A DNA stretch of 53,397 nucleotides from NCBI GenBank assembly GCA_043718695.1, contig JAYSVF010000100.1, forward strand, positions 1 through 53,397, read 5' to 3'. The notes beneath the pieces were generated by a model that had not been told where the DNA came from, did no database searches, and saw nothing but the letters and a program-made list of their open reading frames with translations. This document shows, piece by piece, positions 26,167 through 36,518 of the stretch. This DNA is from Acidimicrobiia bacterium (lineage in GTDB: Bacteria > Actinomycetota > Acidimicrobiia > Acidimicrobiales > JANYDT01). Numbering within the stretch: the stretch's first letter is position 1; each line of letters begins with the position of its first letter. A program made the translations under genes and the position numbers.

Positions 26167-28422
26167 TCAGACGACGGACTTTGTGACGGATACAGGGATT
26201 CCGTTGAGGACGGCGTTGTTGGAGATTTCGTCGAGCAGATCGCCGGGGGAGAGGATGTTGGTGTTGATGCCGGGATAACGGGCGCCCACGGTGAGCTGCA
26301 TTCCGTCGCCGTCGTTACCCCAGCCGTGCGGAAGACTCACGACGCCCGGTGCGATATCGGTCGAAACGTCAACGGCGATCGTGACCGAACCCGACATGCT
26401 GGAAACAACGGCCAGATCGCCGTCGAGCAGGTTTCGCAACGCCGCGTCGGATGGGTGGATCTGCAAACACGAACGATCCTTACCCTTGAGCAGCACTTCC
26501 ACGTTGTGCATCCAAGAGTTCAGTGAACGTACATTTCGTCGGCTCACCAGAACAAGGTCTGGGCGAACTCGCTTTTCGAACTCTTCAAAACGGGGGAGAT
26601 CCGAGATGATGTATTCGGGTGCCAGCTCGATACGACCGGAATCGGTCGTAAGTACACCGGGTAAACGAGGGACTGCTGCGCCGCGATCGATGCCGTTGGG
26701 TTCGGCTTTCACGTCGGCCAGGGTGAGCCCGCCGGGATTGGCACCGTAACGATCACCCCATGGGCCCATACGGACCGCCAAATCACACAAGCGCTCAGGC
26801 CCGGGCTCTGGAGCGATTTCCATGATGGCCGCTGGGTCAAGACCTTGGCTGGCGCAGAAGAACGAGAAGTACGCCTCGTCGAGTGCGCGAACATCAATGT
26901 CGGCATTCTTCTGACCGTTACAGAACGCACCCAATCGGTGCATCAACTCCCATTCCTGCACCCAGCCATCCGGTAGAGGGAACAGCGGGTCGGCCCATTT
27001 TGATCCGCTGCGCAACGCGAACGCCCATGACCAAATGTCGAAGTTCGGATGTTCTAATGGCGAGCCACCTGGCAGAATGACCTGCGCGTGGCGCGTGGTG
27101 TGGTTGATGTAATTGTCAACGCTAATCATGCACTCAAGATCAGCCATTGCAGCATCGAGCCGGTTGGAATCTGGTGCGCTGGAAACGGGGTTGCAACCAA
27201 TGGTGATCACACCACGAATCTGTCCCTCGCCAGGCGTATCCATTTCCTCCGCAAAGCATGATGCGGGAACTTCGCCGAGCACTTCAGGAGTGCCACGCAC
27301 ACGAGTCTTCCATGTCCCGATAGTTGGCTTCCGGGCGGGCATCAACGACATGAATGGGGCAAGAAGTGTGGGGAACATCAATGTGCCCGGGCGGTCAAAG
27401 TTGCCGGTGAGGATAGCCACGACATCGGTAAGCCAGGAGGCCAGGGTGCCAAATTCCTGGGTGCACAAACCAATTCGCCCATAGATCGCCGCTGATTCTG
27501 CTGCGGAAATTTCGTGGGCAATCCGTCGAATGGTCTCGGGGCTGATTCCACAAAGCGCACTCGTCCGTTCCGGTGACCATTCGTTGGTAAGGGCACGAAC
27601 CTCATCGAGCCCATTAACAATTCCTTCAAGGGCGCCAAGTTTGACAAGCCCGTCGGCAAAAAGAGTGTGAACGAGGGCAAGGAGAAATGCTGCGTCGCTT
27701 CGCGGGACGATGGGAATCCATTCGTCTGCGCGCTGAGCAGTTCCCGTGTTAACCGGATCGATCACCACGGTCTTGCCCCCGCGCTCACGAATACGTTCGA
27801 TCTCGCCCATCACATCGGGGAAGGCCAGGATGCTGCCTTGTGAAGCGTGCGGGTTGGCGCCCATCACGAGGAAGTACTGCGTGCGGGCAATATCGGGGAC
27901 GGGGATCATCCACGGATCGCCATACATAAGCGCGCATGCCAGATTCTTCGGCTGTTGATCAACGACCGATGATCCGTAACGGGTGATCCGTGCACTCATC
28001 GAGAAAGCGCCCACATATCGAGCGAGTTGATAGCTACGCCCGACCATGTTGCCAGTGCGTACGGCCAACGCTCCCTTGCCATGGCGCTCCAACACGCCAT
28101 GAATCAGTTCCTCGCAACGGATCAGCGCTTCATCCCAACTGACGGCCCGCCACTCGGTTCCTTCGCGCACCATGGGGGAACGCAATCGATCGGGGTCATC
28201 GTGCAGTTTGCCGAGCACCGTGCCCTTGGGGCAAATATGACCCTTACTCCAAACGTCATTGGGGTTCGGACGGATACGGGTGACTCGCTCGTTCTTTACC
28301 TGAATCTCAATCCCGCACATAGCCTCACAAAGCGGACAGGTGCGAAGGTGCAAACTTTTGTCCGCACGTAACTTGGGCTCAGGAGCGAATTCTGCTTCGG
28401 CAAGGGTGAGATCGGCGTTCAT
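26167..28422 (-). CDS. molybdopterin-dependent oxidoreductase (formate dehydrogenase/BisC-like superfamily, substrate unknown)
   Basis: N-terminal CPLCEAMCG...ICPKG Fe-S motif, the expected molybdopterin-domain length and a C-terminal molybdopterin dinucleotide-binding domain (SGSVTIAVDVS...VVSLPHGWG). The ORF is an intact 751 aa. Confidence 0.85.
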   Translation of the reverse strand: MNADLTLAEAEFAPEPKLRADKSLHLRTCPLCEAMCGIEIQVKNERVTRIRPNPNDVWSKGHICPKGTVLGKLHDDPDRLRSPMVREGTEWRAVSWDEALIRCEELIHGVLERHGKGALAVRTGNMVGRSYQLARYVGAFSMSARITRYGSSVVDQQPKNLACALMYGDPWMIPVPDIARTQYFLVMGANPHASQGSILAFPDVMGEIERIRERGGKTVVIDPVNTGTAQRADEWIPIVPRSDAAFLLALVHTLFADGLVKLGALEGIVNGLDEVRALTNEWSPERTSALCGISPETIRRIAHEISAAESAAIYGRIGLCTQEFGTLASWLTDVVAILTGNFDRPGTLMFPTLLAPFMSLMPARKPTIGTWKTRVRGTPEVLGEVPASCFAEEMDTPGEGQIRGVITIGCNPVSSAPDSNRLDAAMADLECMISVDNYINHTTRHAQVILPGGSPLEHPNFDIWSWAFALRSGSKWADPLFPLPDGWVQEWELMHRLGAFCNGQKNADIDVRALDEAYFSFFCASQGLDPAAIMEIAPEPGPERLCDLAVRMGPWGDRYGANPGGLTLADVKAEPNGIDRGAAVPRLPGVLTTDSGRIELAPEYIISDLPRFEEFEKRVRPDLVLVSRRNVRSLNSWMHNVEVLLKGKDRSCLQIHPSDAALRNLLDGDLAVVSSMSGSVTIAVDVSTDIAPGVVSLPHGWGNDGDGMQLTVGARYPGINTNILSPGDLLDEISNNAVLNGIPVSVTKSVV

Positions 28423-28428
28423 GGCTGG

Positions 28429-28799
28429 TTATGCGATCGCTGCGTTAAACCAACGGATATGCAACGTGCCATCGGCATTGAAGCGATACAGCTCGATACT
28501 CATGTTGACCGATTCAACGTTGCCTGCAGCATCGAAGCGCTGATTGGCCACGCAGAGCGCACCTTCGCCGACGTTCACAATGCAGGTTTCAATACGAAGC
28601 TTCACGTGCCCCGCGTGGGCCTGCCAGATCCCCTCCATCATCGGGAACCCATCGACAATTGGCGAGCCGATCGGAAACTCCAACGTCATGCCAGCGGGCC
28701 CTCCCTCGCGATATCCAGCCATCAGAGCATCATGATCACCGGCGTTCCATCGTTCAACTGTGTGTGCAAAAACGTTGCGATTTCCGGGTTCGTCATCAT
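28429..28799 (-). pseudogene. SnoaL-like/NTF2-fold protein with one frameshift near its 5' end (or a sequencing error)
   Basis: MMTNPEIATFLHT (frame of track ORF 28722..28910) continues as VERWNAGDHDALMAGYREGG... in the frame of ORF 28429..28722. The switch falls at CACACACAG, about 28756-28764. The gene sits 6 nt upstream of the Mo-oxidoreductase start. Confidence 0.5.
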
Positions 28800-28965
28800 G
28801 ATGTATTTCCTGGCTTCTGTGTTCGTGCTGCGTATTTGACGTTTGTACGAATTACTCGGACATGATTTTGCAGCGTATTCCGCCGAATTCCTAATGGTAA
28901 TCATGGCCAACCATTAGCGGGGCGTCAGTCTGCAGGGGTCCTGAGCAACCAGTAGCGTCGCAGAC

Positions 28966-30663
28966 ATGGTGTCTCAACCGTCCCCGCTGCCTTCGACCCC
29001 CGGTCAGCCTGCTCCAACGATGAGTGGTGGCGAAGCGATCATCCGTTCCGTGCAGGCCAATGGGATCGACACGGTGTTTGGAATTCCTGGTGCCCAGATT
29101 TACCCACTCTTCGACGCGTTGCAACGACTTGGCATGCGCACAGTGTTTCCCCGTCATGAGCAATCCGCCGCCTACATGGCCATGGGTGCCGCGAACTCCA
29201 CCGGCCGTCCCTCGTGTTTTGCGGTCGTGCCGGGGCCCGGAATTCTCAATACCACGGCGGCTCTTTGTACCGCTATGGGGACCTGTTCGCCCGTGCTTGG
29301 ACTGACTGGTCAGGTTCCGAGCGGGTTCTTGGGGAAAGGTCGCGGCCATCTGCACGAGTTACGGGATCAGCCCGGCATTTTGCGGTCACTGGTAAAAGAG
29401 GCGATGTTCATTGAGGATCCGCTGCAAACCTCCACGGTGATCAACGAGGCGTTCACCACGATGCAATCAGGTCGACCAGGTCCGGTGACGGTCGAGATGT
29501 GTTGGGACACCATGGCAGCCCCAACCCCAGGAATCACGATCCAGAGGGGAATCAGCCACGAGTTGATAGTACGTCCACCTATCAATACCGATGTGGTGGC
29601 GCGAGTAGTTGACCAACTGCTCGCAGCGAAGCGGCCGATGATCATGTGTGGCAAGGGCGCGCAGCACGCGTCGATCGAAGTAACCCGACTGGCGGAACTT
29701 CTCGGTGCTCCAGTTACGGCATTTCGAAGCGGACGTGGTGTGGTTGCTGAAGATCATCCCCTTGGTGTCAGTTCGTTGGCAGCCCGCTTGTTGTTCGAGA
29801 CAACGAATCTCGTGCTCGGTCTTGGCTCGCGCTTGGAAATGATGTCGATGCGTTGGGCCACGCCAGGCCGTAATGAACCGCGATCGCCAGACGGCCCGGT
29901 GTTGATTCGCGTGGATATCGAAGCAGATGAACTCGACCGCTACGCTCCCGATTTGGGAGTGGTTGGCGATGTCGGTGACTTCTGCCGGGCGGCCATCGCG
30001 TTGCTGGAAACCCGTGCGAACCCAGATCTTCTGCGCGCTGAGGAAATTGCCACGGCGAAGGCAACGGCGGATCGAATGGCTGGGAAGATCCAACCGCAAG
30101 CGGACTACCTGCGGGTGATTCGCGATGTTCTTCCCCGTGATGGGTTTCTGGTGCCCGAACTCTCGCAGATGGGATTCACCTCGTACTTTGCCTTTCCCGT
30201 TTTGGCTCCCCGAACCTATGTGACCGAAGGGTTTCAGGGCACGCTGGGATACGGGTTCCCAACCGCGCTTGGGGTGAAGGTAGCCAATCCCGATCGAGCC
30301 GTTGTTTCGATCACCGGTGATGGTGGATTCCTGTTCGGGATTCAAGAACTAGCCACCGCGGCCGCACACGACATCGCCGCAGTTACCTTGGTGTTCAACA
30401 ACCAAGCCTATGGCAATGTGCGTCGAGACCAAATGAACATGTTCGAAGGGCGCCTCGCAGGAGCAGATCTCCTCAATCCTGATTTCGTAAAGCTCGCCGA
30501 CAGTTTCGGGGTTCGGTCATTTCGCGTGGAGACACCTGATCAACTTCGCCCGGTGCTCGGTGCAGCGCTCGATGCGGATCGACCGATCGTGATCGAGGTC
30601 ATGACCCCAACGGGATCAGAAACGAACCCCTGGGAGTTCATCCACATGAAGCAGACCCCGTGA
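28966..30663 (+). CDS. thiamine-diphosphate-dependent enzyme (acetolactate synthase large-subunit-like)
   Basis: GGEAIIRSVQANGIDTVFGIPGAQIYPLFDAL N-terminus and the ThDP motif ITGDGGFLF...N. An alternative start is at 29020. Confidence 0.85.
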   Translation: MVSQPSPLPSTPGQPAPTMSGGEAIIRSVQANGIDTVFGIPGAQIYPLFDALQRLGMRTVFPRHEQSAAYMAMGAANSTGRPSCFAVVPGPGILNTTAALCTAMGTCSPVLGLTGQVPSGFLGKGRGHLHELRDQPGILRSLVKEAMFIEDPLQTSTVINEAFTTMQSGRPGPVTVEMCWDTMAAPTPGITIQRGISHELIVRPPINTDVVARVVDQLLAAKRPMIMCGKGAQHASIEVTRLAELLGAPVTAFRSGRGVVAEDHPLGVSSLAARLLFETTNLVLGLGSRLEMMSMRWATPGRNEPRSPDGPVLIRVDIEADELDRYAPDLGVVGDVGDFCRAAIALLETRANPDLLRAEEIATAKATADRMAGKIQPQADYLRVIRDVLPRDGFLVPELSQMGFTSYFAFPVLAPRTYVTEGFQGTLGYGFPTALGVKVANPDRAVVSITGDGGFLFGIQELATAAAHDIAAVTLVFNNQAYGNVRRDQMNMFEGRLAGADLLNPDFVKLADSFGVRSFRVETPDQLRPVLGAALDADRPIVIEVMTPTGSETNPWEFIHMKQTP

Positions 30664-30689
30664 ACGAAGTAACCCGGGCGCTCCTTTGC

Positions 30690-30978
30690 GGGGAGGCCAA
30701 CACTGCGGGATTGCGGTACCGTGTTGGCGGTGACGAGCGCGCTCAGCTTTACCGTCGAGGTCTCACGGGCCAAGGCGCTCAACAGGGCGTAGCACTCCAA
30801 CCATGAATTGTTCCGGTGCTCCAAGCATCGGCAACTGGTAGAAATGATCCATCACCAGCAGGGTGTCAAACCCAGATGTGTCGGCTTCGCGACCTTGACC
30901 GGCAATTACCTCAAAGAGTTCCGCAGGTCCAACGCCCGGATAGGTGAAGTTCGGAATCTGGTATTCAAGTCGAGTCAT
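30690..30978 (-). pseudogene. LLM-class (F420-dependent luciferase-like) oxidoreductase, a 5' fragment with frameshifts
   Basis: QIPNFTYPGVGPAELFEVIAGQGREADTSGFDTLLVMDHFYQLPMLG, then MLECYALLSALARETSTVKLSALVTANT and RYRNPAVLA, lie in two further frames. Homology ends before the convergent ThDP gene stop, leaving roughly 95 of about 330 codons. Confidence 0.6.
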
Positions 30979-31289
30979 GTCTCTATTTGAGCATGTCCTG
31001 ATCGTCGTCGGACGCAGGTCAGATTAGTCAAGCGGATCGTCGACCTGGGCATATTCGCTTCGACGCAACACCGCACCGCCGGAGTTCCGCATGGAAAAGT
31101 TCCCGTTTAGCTTGAGGTGGGTCATGCCGATGTTCGATGCGTGTCCACCGCCACGACGTATCTGAATACCTCGCGCTCAAGCCTCCCCGTGAACTCGACC
31201 CAGGCGACCTTTGCATTTCTCCTGATGGAATCTGGTTGGACCAGCTCCGCATTGTCGAAAGATAGTTTCCAAACGAGTGGACTCCGATC

Positions 31290-32899
31290 GTGACCAGCCT
31301 GCACAGCGAGCTCAGCGATAGAACCTTCGCTACGTTGTTGGATGCGGTTCCTCACGTTGTTGTGGTGAACGGAGCGATCGATTTCGTGTCAGGCGAAGTA
31401 GTCAACGAACTCGGCTGCCGTGGCGAACTGCTGCGAGGACCGCTTGAGGCCCTCGGCGTGCGCCTCGATGACATCACCTTCGAACAACTCCTGAACGGTG
31501 AAGCCCCGTTGCGTGTGCGCCTCGGATCGCAGCTGTTGGATCGCCCGGTTCGGTTGCGCCGCATTGGCTCCATCGATGATCGCACCTGGATTGAGGTTCG
31601 ATCACTCGCCAACGAATTTCGAGCCGAGCCGCTGTTGCGGCGTAGCGGGGTTGGTCACATGCTGATTAGCCCTGACATCGAACTGGAGTGGTCCCTGTCG
31701 GCTGCTGGACTGTTGCCCGGGGACAACCCAATCAACTGGATCGAGCTGATGGATCCCGATGACATGCAGGCGCTTGGCAAGGCCATTTACAAGGTTGGTC
31801 GCGATCCGAACCTGCAACGGGTTTTGCCGCACCGTCTTCAGGCCGACGGCGCCTACACCATGATCGACACGGTCGAGTCGGCGATGCATGACCCCGACCT
31901 TCGGGCGGTACTCGTTCGCACTCGGCTACAGGACACCAGCAACGGCGAGTTGAAAGGGACCGCGCCCTACGCCGGGATTACGGTTTCGGACCACATGCCT
32001 ATAGGGGTTGTCGTTGCGAGCGCGACGGGAAAGGTCCTCCATCGCAACGCGGCAGCGGCCGTTTTGGTCGGTGCGCATTCGGGACTATCGGTCATTCCAT
32101 TGGATGCCGCGCAAGACCGCGCGTGGATGTTCGCGGGGCTTGGTAAGGAAGATGCACAACAATTCCTTCTCGTTTTCAACGCTGCGGCAGTCTCGGTGGG
32201 GCGAACCGGTCATTGCACGATTCCGTCACCGCTCGACGCTTCGCGTTGGCTTCGCGTTTCAGTATCCCCGGCAGCCGCCTCGACGGTTGTGTTAACGATT
32301 GAAGACTCGACCGAGTTGGTTCTCGCTGAACGCGAATTGCATTACCTTGCGACGCATGATGCCTTGACGAATCTTCCCGACAGGGGCGGCTTACGGGCAC
32401 GTCTCGAAGCATTATTGGTCGAAGCAACACGCGTTGGTCATCGCACCGCGCTGATATTTTGCGATCTTGACAATTTCAAACAAATCAACCATGGATCAGG
32501 CCATCATGTGGCGATCTCGTGCTCACCGAGGTTGCGGCTCGGCTTCGAAGCGCCTTGCGACCGGGTGACTTTGTCGGACGTTTTGGTGGCGACGAGTTTG
32601 TCATCGTTGTGCCGAACGTCGACGATGCAATCCACGCGTTGAATCTCGCGGATCGATTGTTTGCCAACGTCGTTGGCCCGGCATATTTGGGTGGAAGCTC
32701 GGTCACGATCAGCCTCAGCATGGGTGTTTCGTTGAGTGATGGGACCCTAGGGGCAGATGAGCTTCTCCAGCGCGCCGATCAAGCCATGTATCAATCAAAG
32801 CGTGATGGACGCGGGCGACTCACCCTGTATTCGGAAACCAACGCCGACTTAATTTCACGTGATCGAGACGACGAATCGCACAGCATCATGATTTCGTGA
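31290..32899 (+). pseudogene. PAS-like sensor / GGDEF diguanylate cyclase, with one frameshift inside the GGDEF domain (or a sequencing error)
   Basis: HDALTNLPDR...ALIFCDLDNFKQINHGSGHHV runs in one frame and [G]DLVLTEVAARL...GRFGGDEFVIV...QADQAMYQSKRDGRG in the next. Restoring one G at the GG at 32510-32511 joins them. Confidence 0.7.
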
Positions 32900-32927
32900 G
32901 TGCATCGGTATCGCGCAAACTCGGCAT

Positions 32928-35062
32928 CTAGACCCGTTCGATGGTGACGGGGACGCCGGTCATTTGAGGCATCGCGCTGATGGATTGAAGATCGGTATGC
33001 ATGCTGAGTAGTTGGTTTACGTTTGTGCCGAAGAGTCCAACGGGTGAATCGCTTGAACCGTCGGCCGATGTTGAGGCCGGAAGGGTGCCGAATCCGTGGG
33101 TGATCGAGACCACCCCTTGTTTCATTGAGGCGTCAACTGAGATGGTGGTGGAGATTGTTCCGTGGTCTGATGTGACGGTAACCAGTGCGCCACCCTCAAG
33201 CGCGAGCTGGGCAACATCGGTGGGGTGCATGTGGCAGGGGTTCTGCGTAACAGGAGCCAGACCGGGCAGTTGTTTGCCGAAGGTGTTCATAGTCTCCTTC
33301 GCTCGCCGCACTGCCAAGTGGAATGGTCGAGGGTTCTCGGCAACGGCAACAACAGATTGATAAGCGCGCTGGAGTTCGTCGGCGACGTCGGCCGGCATAA
33401 GCGCGAACCGGCCGGTCGCGGTCTCACTTGGAGGCGCGGCAAAAACCGGAGGAACCGAGTCGAAAAGCAAGCCGTGTGGATGCTGCTTGACCTCATCTAA
33501 GGAAATGCGCGCTCGGGCTGAAAACGAGGCCAGAACTTCGTCGGTCGTCGGCATGGGATCGCCTGGTGCGTATTCTCGGCCAGCGATGGTGAGGGACTAG
33601 TCTGCGGCCCAGGCCAAGCGCAAGAAGAACTCCCAATCATCAATGAGCCCGCCGGGAGCTGGCAAGAGTGCTGGCGTGTACTGCGCGAACGATGTGTCGA
33701 ACAGGCCTTCATAAGCACGCGTGGTATCTGGCCGTTCAAGATGCATGACTGGGGCAATCACATAGTGTGCCAACTGCGCGGTTTCTGAAGGGAACGGGTC
33801 AACGGTGACCAGCAGATCCAACGCCGACAACGCCTCAAACAGCGCGTTCTGCCCAGGAATAGCCGCTGCGGGATTCCCTCCAGAAACGATAAGTGCACGT
33901 AGTCGATCGGGGCGAGGCTTCATGATCTCATCAACCAGTGATACGGCGGGTAGTTGGCCCTGGAGCAATCCCCATCCGGAATCGCTTCGGTATCCCGTCT
34001 CCCACGTTCGATTCGGGGCAACAACTTCGGCACGCAGTGACTTTCCTGAGCCAAGCACAGCAGCGCCAAGGATTGCCTCACCATCTTTGGGGAATCGCCC
34101 GCACACCACATTCATGCTTTGGATCAGATGCTCGGCAACATTGGCCCACGCCGCCATATCGGGACCGGTTCCGCTGGTGGCCATACCTTGCTTTGCGGTG
34201 CCAAACATTTTCGCCGCGGCAATCAACTCATGGGCATCGACGTCACAAATTGTGGCGACCACGCTTGGAGTAAACGTCGATACAGCGGCTCGTAACTCGC
34301 GGAGGCCCTCGGACCACCGGGCAGTGAACGCAATATTTTCGAGATCAAGATCCAGAATCACGTGCAACAGGCCAGCGAACAACGCTACATCGGTTCCGGG
34401 TTTCAGCTGAAGATGAATGTCAGCGCGCGTGGCAACTTCGGTGACTCTGGGGTCGACGACGATTAACTGCAGCCCCCGTTGCTTTTCCTGCTGGAGCCTG
34501 CGAAATCCGTCGTGAATCGGGAATCCTGTGAAGATTCCGCCCTGCATAGAAACGAGGGGGTTCGTGCCGGCGAGCAGCCAAACATCAGCGTCGGCGAAGC
34601 GTTGCATTCCCGCAGCCCATTTACCGAGGCGGCCCTCTGCGACCCACTTGGCGGATTGATCAACCGTCATGGAGGAAAACGTCTTTTTGGAACCCATGGT
34701 TCGCCACCACGCCGAAGCGAATGGATTTGTTAATGATGCATACGATGCTTGTGTGCCGGAATAGAAGCCGATGGCATCGGGACCATACATGTTGGCAATA
34801 TCGCGGAGTGGGCGCTGATCTCTTCGATCGCACTCGATGCGGAGATATCGGTGAATGTTCCATCGGCTACTCGTTTTCGAGAACTGAGGAACCGTTGCGG
34901 ATCAGTATGAAAGTCAACAATTCTCCGACCCTTCGCACACGTAAATCCGTGGGTCAGCCCGTGATCGGGATCTCCCGAAACACGCGCCGGCTTGCCATCT
35001 TCGAAATCGATAAGCAACCCACACGTTGCTGGACAAATTCGACAGTACGTGGTGTGCCTCAT
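32928..35062 (-). pseudogene. molybdopterin-dependent oxidoreductase, a paralogue of 26167..28422, with one frameshift and one in-frame TAG
   Basis: There are three pieces. The N-terminal piece CRICPATCGL...TCAKG is 34730..35062, the middle piece is 33597..34790, and the C-terminal piece HMHPTDVAQLALEGGALVTVTSDHG...ITHGFG is 32928..33554. The frameshift is near 34815. The TAG at 33597-33599 is followed by 14 in-frame sense codons. Confidence 0.8.
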
Positions 35063-35243
35063 GGCCTCACTCTCTCACGCGATGCTCTCTGGAGAAAAAC
35101 TTCCCGTCTTCCCTGGAGCCGATTGGGTGACACGCGAGCGTGCACAACTACACGCGAGCTGCCGGCATTGGGTTCGTGTGATTCCGAGCGGTAGGTTCGT
35201 CTACTCAAAGTACAAACCGAACTTTCTCAACCGGTTTCATGAG

Positions 35244-35315
35244 CAAAACAACGACCAAAACAACGACCAAAACAACAACCAAAACAACAACCAAAACAAC
35301 GACCAAAACAACAAC
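35244..35315. repeat. 12-nt tandem repeat CAAAACAAC(G/A)AC x6
   Basis: Counted directly: units at 35244, 35256, 35268, 35280, 35292 and 35304. The tract ends 17 nt before the ATG at 35333, just upstream of the GAAGGG RBS. Confidence 0.95.
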
Positions 35316-35332
35316 AGCGAAGGGCGTAAACG

Positions 35333-36252
35333 ATGGGCAGGCTTGATGGACGTGTAGCAATTGTCACCGGGGCGAGCCGTGGGTTGGGTCGCGCCATCGC
35401 GTTGGCTTTTGCCGCTGAAGGTGCCGCTGTCGCCGTGGTTGCGCGCACCGAGCAGGTTTGGGACGAAAGACTTCCCGGCACCATTGGCGAAACTGTGGCG
35501 GAGATCGAATCCGCCGGTGGTCGGGCCGTAGCAATTCGCGCTGATCTGCTGGCCGACGGGGATCCGGCGCGATTGGTGGCCGAGGCCCGATCGCTGCTTG
35601 GTCCAATCACGATTCTGGTGAACAACGCCGCATTCACTGCCCCAGGTCGTCCGCCAAAGCCCGGCACAACGGCAACCGCAAAACCAGTGACCCCTGTGGA
35701 GTCACCGTCGGCCTCGAGTGAATCGGCGGAATCAACATCCTCGACACCGGCTAGTGCAAAGGCTGCCTGGCCGACCTTTGTGGTACACCGTTGAGTGCAT
35801 TTCGGCGGCACTTTGAAATGAACGTGTTCGCCACCTCCGAACTGATGCAACTCGTTTCTCCCGACATGAGCGCGGCGGGTTTCGGATCGATCATCAACAT
35901 CACCTCGGGCGCGTCACGCATGCCGGGTAATGGGCCGTACCCGGATCGCAGCGGCGGCATGCTTCCCGGATATGGAGGATCCAAGGCTGCAATGGAACAT
36001 CTCACGCAGTGTGCTGCATATGACCTAGCCGAGCGCAATATTGCCGTGAATGCACTGTCTCCATCGAAGGCCATCCTCACGCCTGGAGTCGCCTACTACG
36101 CCCGTGAATTCACCGACCTTGCCACCGCAGAAGACTTCGCCGAGGCCGCCGTCCGCTTAGCCCTGGTTGATCCCAATGTTGTCACCGGGCGGACAATTGG
36201 CCACCAAGACGTACTTGACGGCAACTTTCAACCCTATGAATGGCACGGGTAG
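35333..36252 (+). pseudogene. SDR-family oxidoreductase with a low-complexity insert and one frameshift (or a sequencing error)
   Basis: VAIVTGASRGLGRAIA...LVNNAA lies in ORF 35333..35794, and FRRHFEMNVFA...INITSGAS...YGGSKAAMEH in ORF 35791..36252. Adding one G at the GG at 35782-35783 gives ...WPTFVGTPLSAFRRHF. Confidence 0.7.
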
Positions 36253-36518
36253 GCCGGCCCCACGAGCCGTTGAATGAGATTGGTATTCCAACCGGTTAGT
36301 AGCTCCGTTGAGATACCAATCTTGCACCGATTCTCGCCCGACCCCAAGCCGCATGCCCAACCAGGTCTCAACGAGATTCCCGCATCGGACTAGGAAGTTC
36401 GATGGACGTTCTGGTTGAATTAGGTGAAACATTTACCGGTTTCCCCGCCTGACCTTCAAACGACGATTCACGAACGATCCACGACCGATCAAGGAGTAGT
36501 GCCATAAAGCTCGAAGAC

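Noticed and set aside
33597-33599. In-frame TAG as possible pyrrolysine or programmed read-through
   Set aside because: No pyl genes or PYLIS-like context are seen, the lineage is wrong, and the same gene also carries a frameshift. A nonsense mutation is the simpler reading.
34992-35357. 121-aa plus-strand ORF ending in NDQNNDQNNNQNN repeats, and the 207-aa minus ORF 35227..35850 ending in CFGRCFGCCFG repeats
   Set aside because: Both are translations of the 12-nt tandem repeat and of the antisense of the SDR gene. They show no start context and no protein-like composition outside the repeat.
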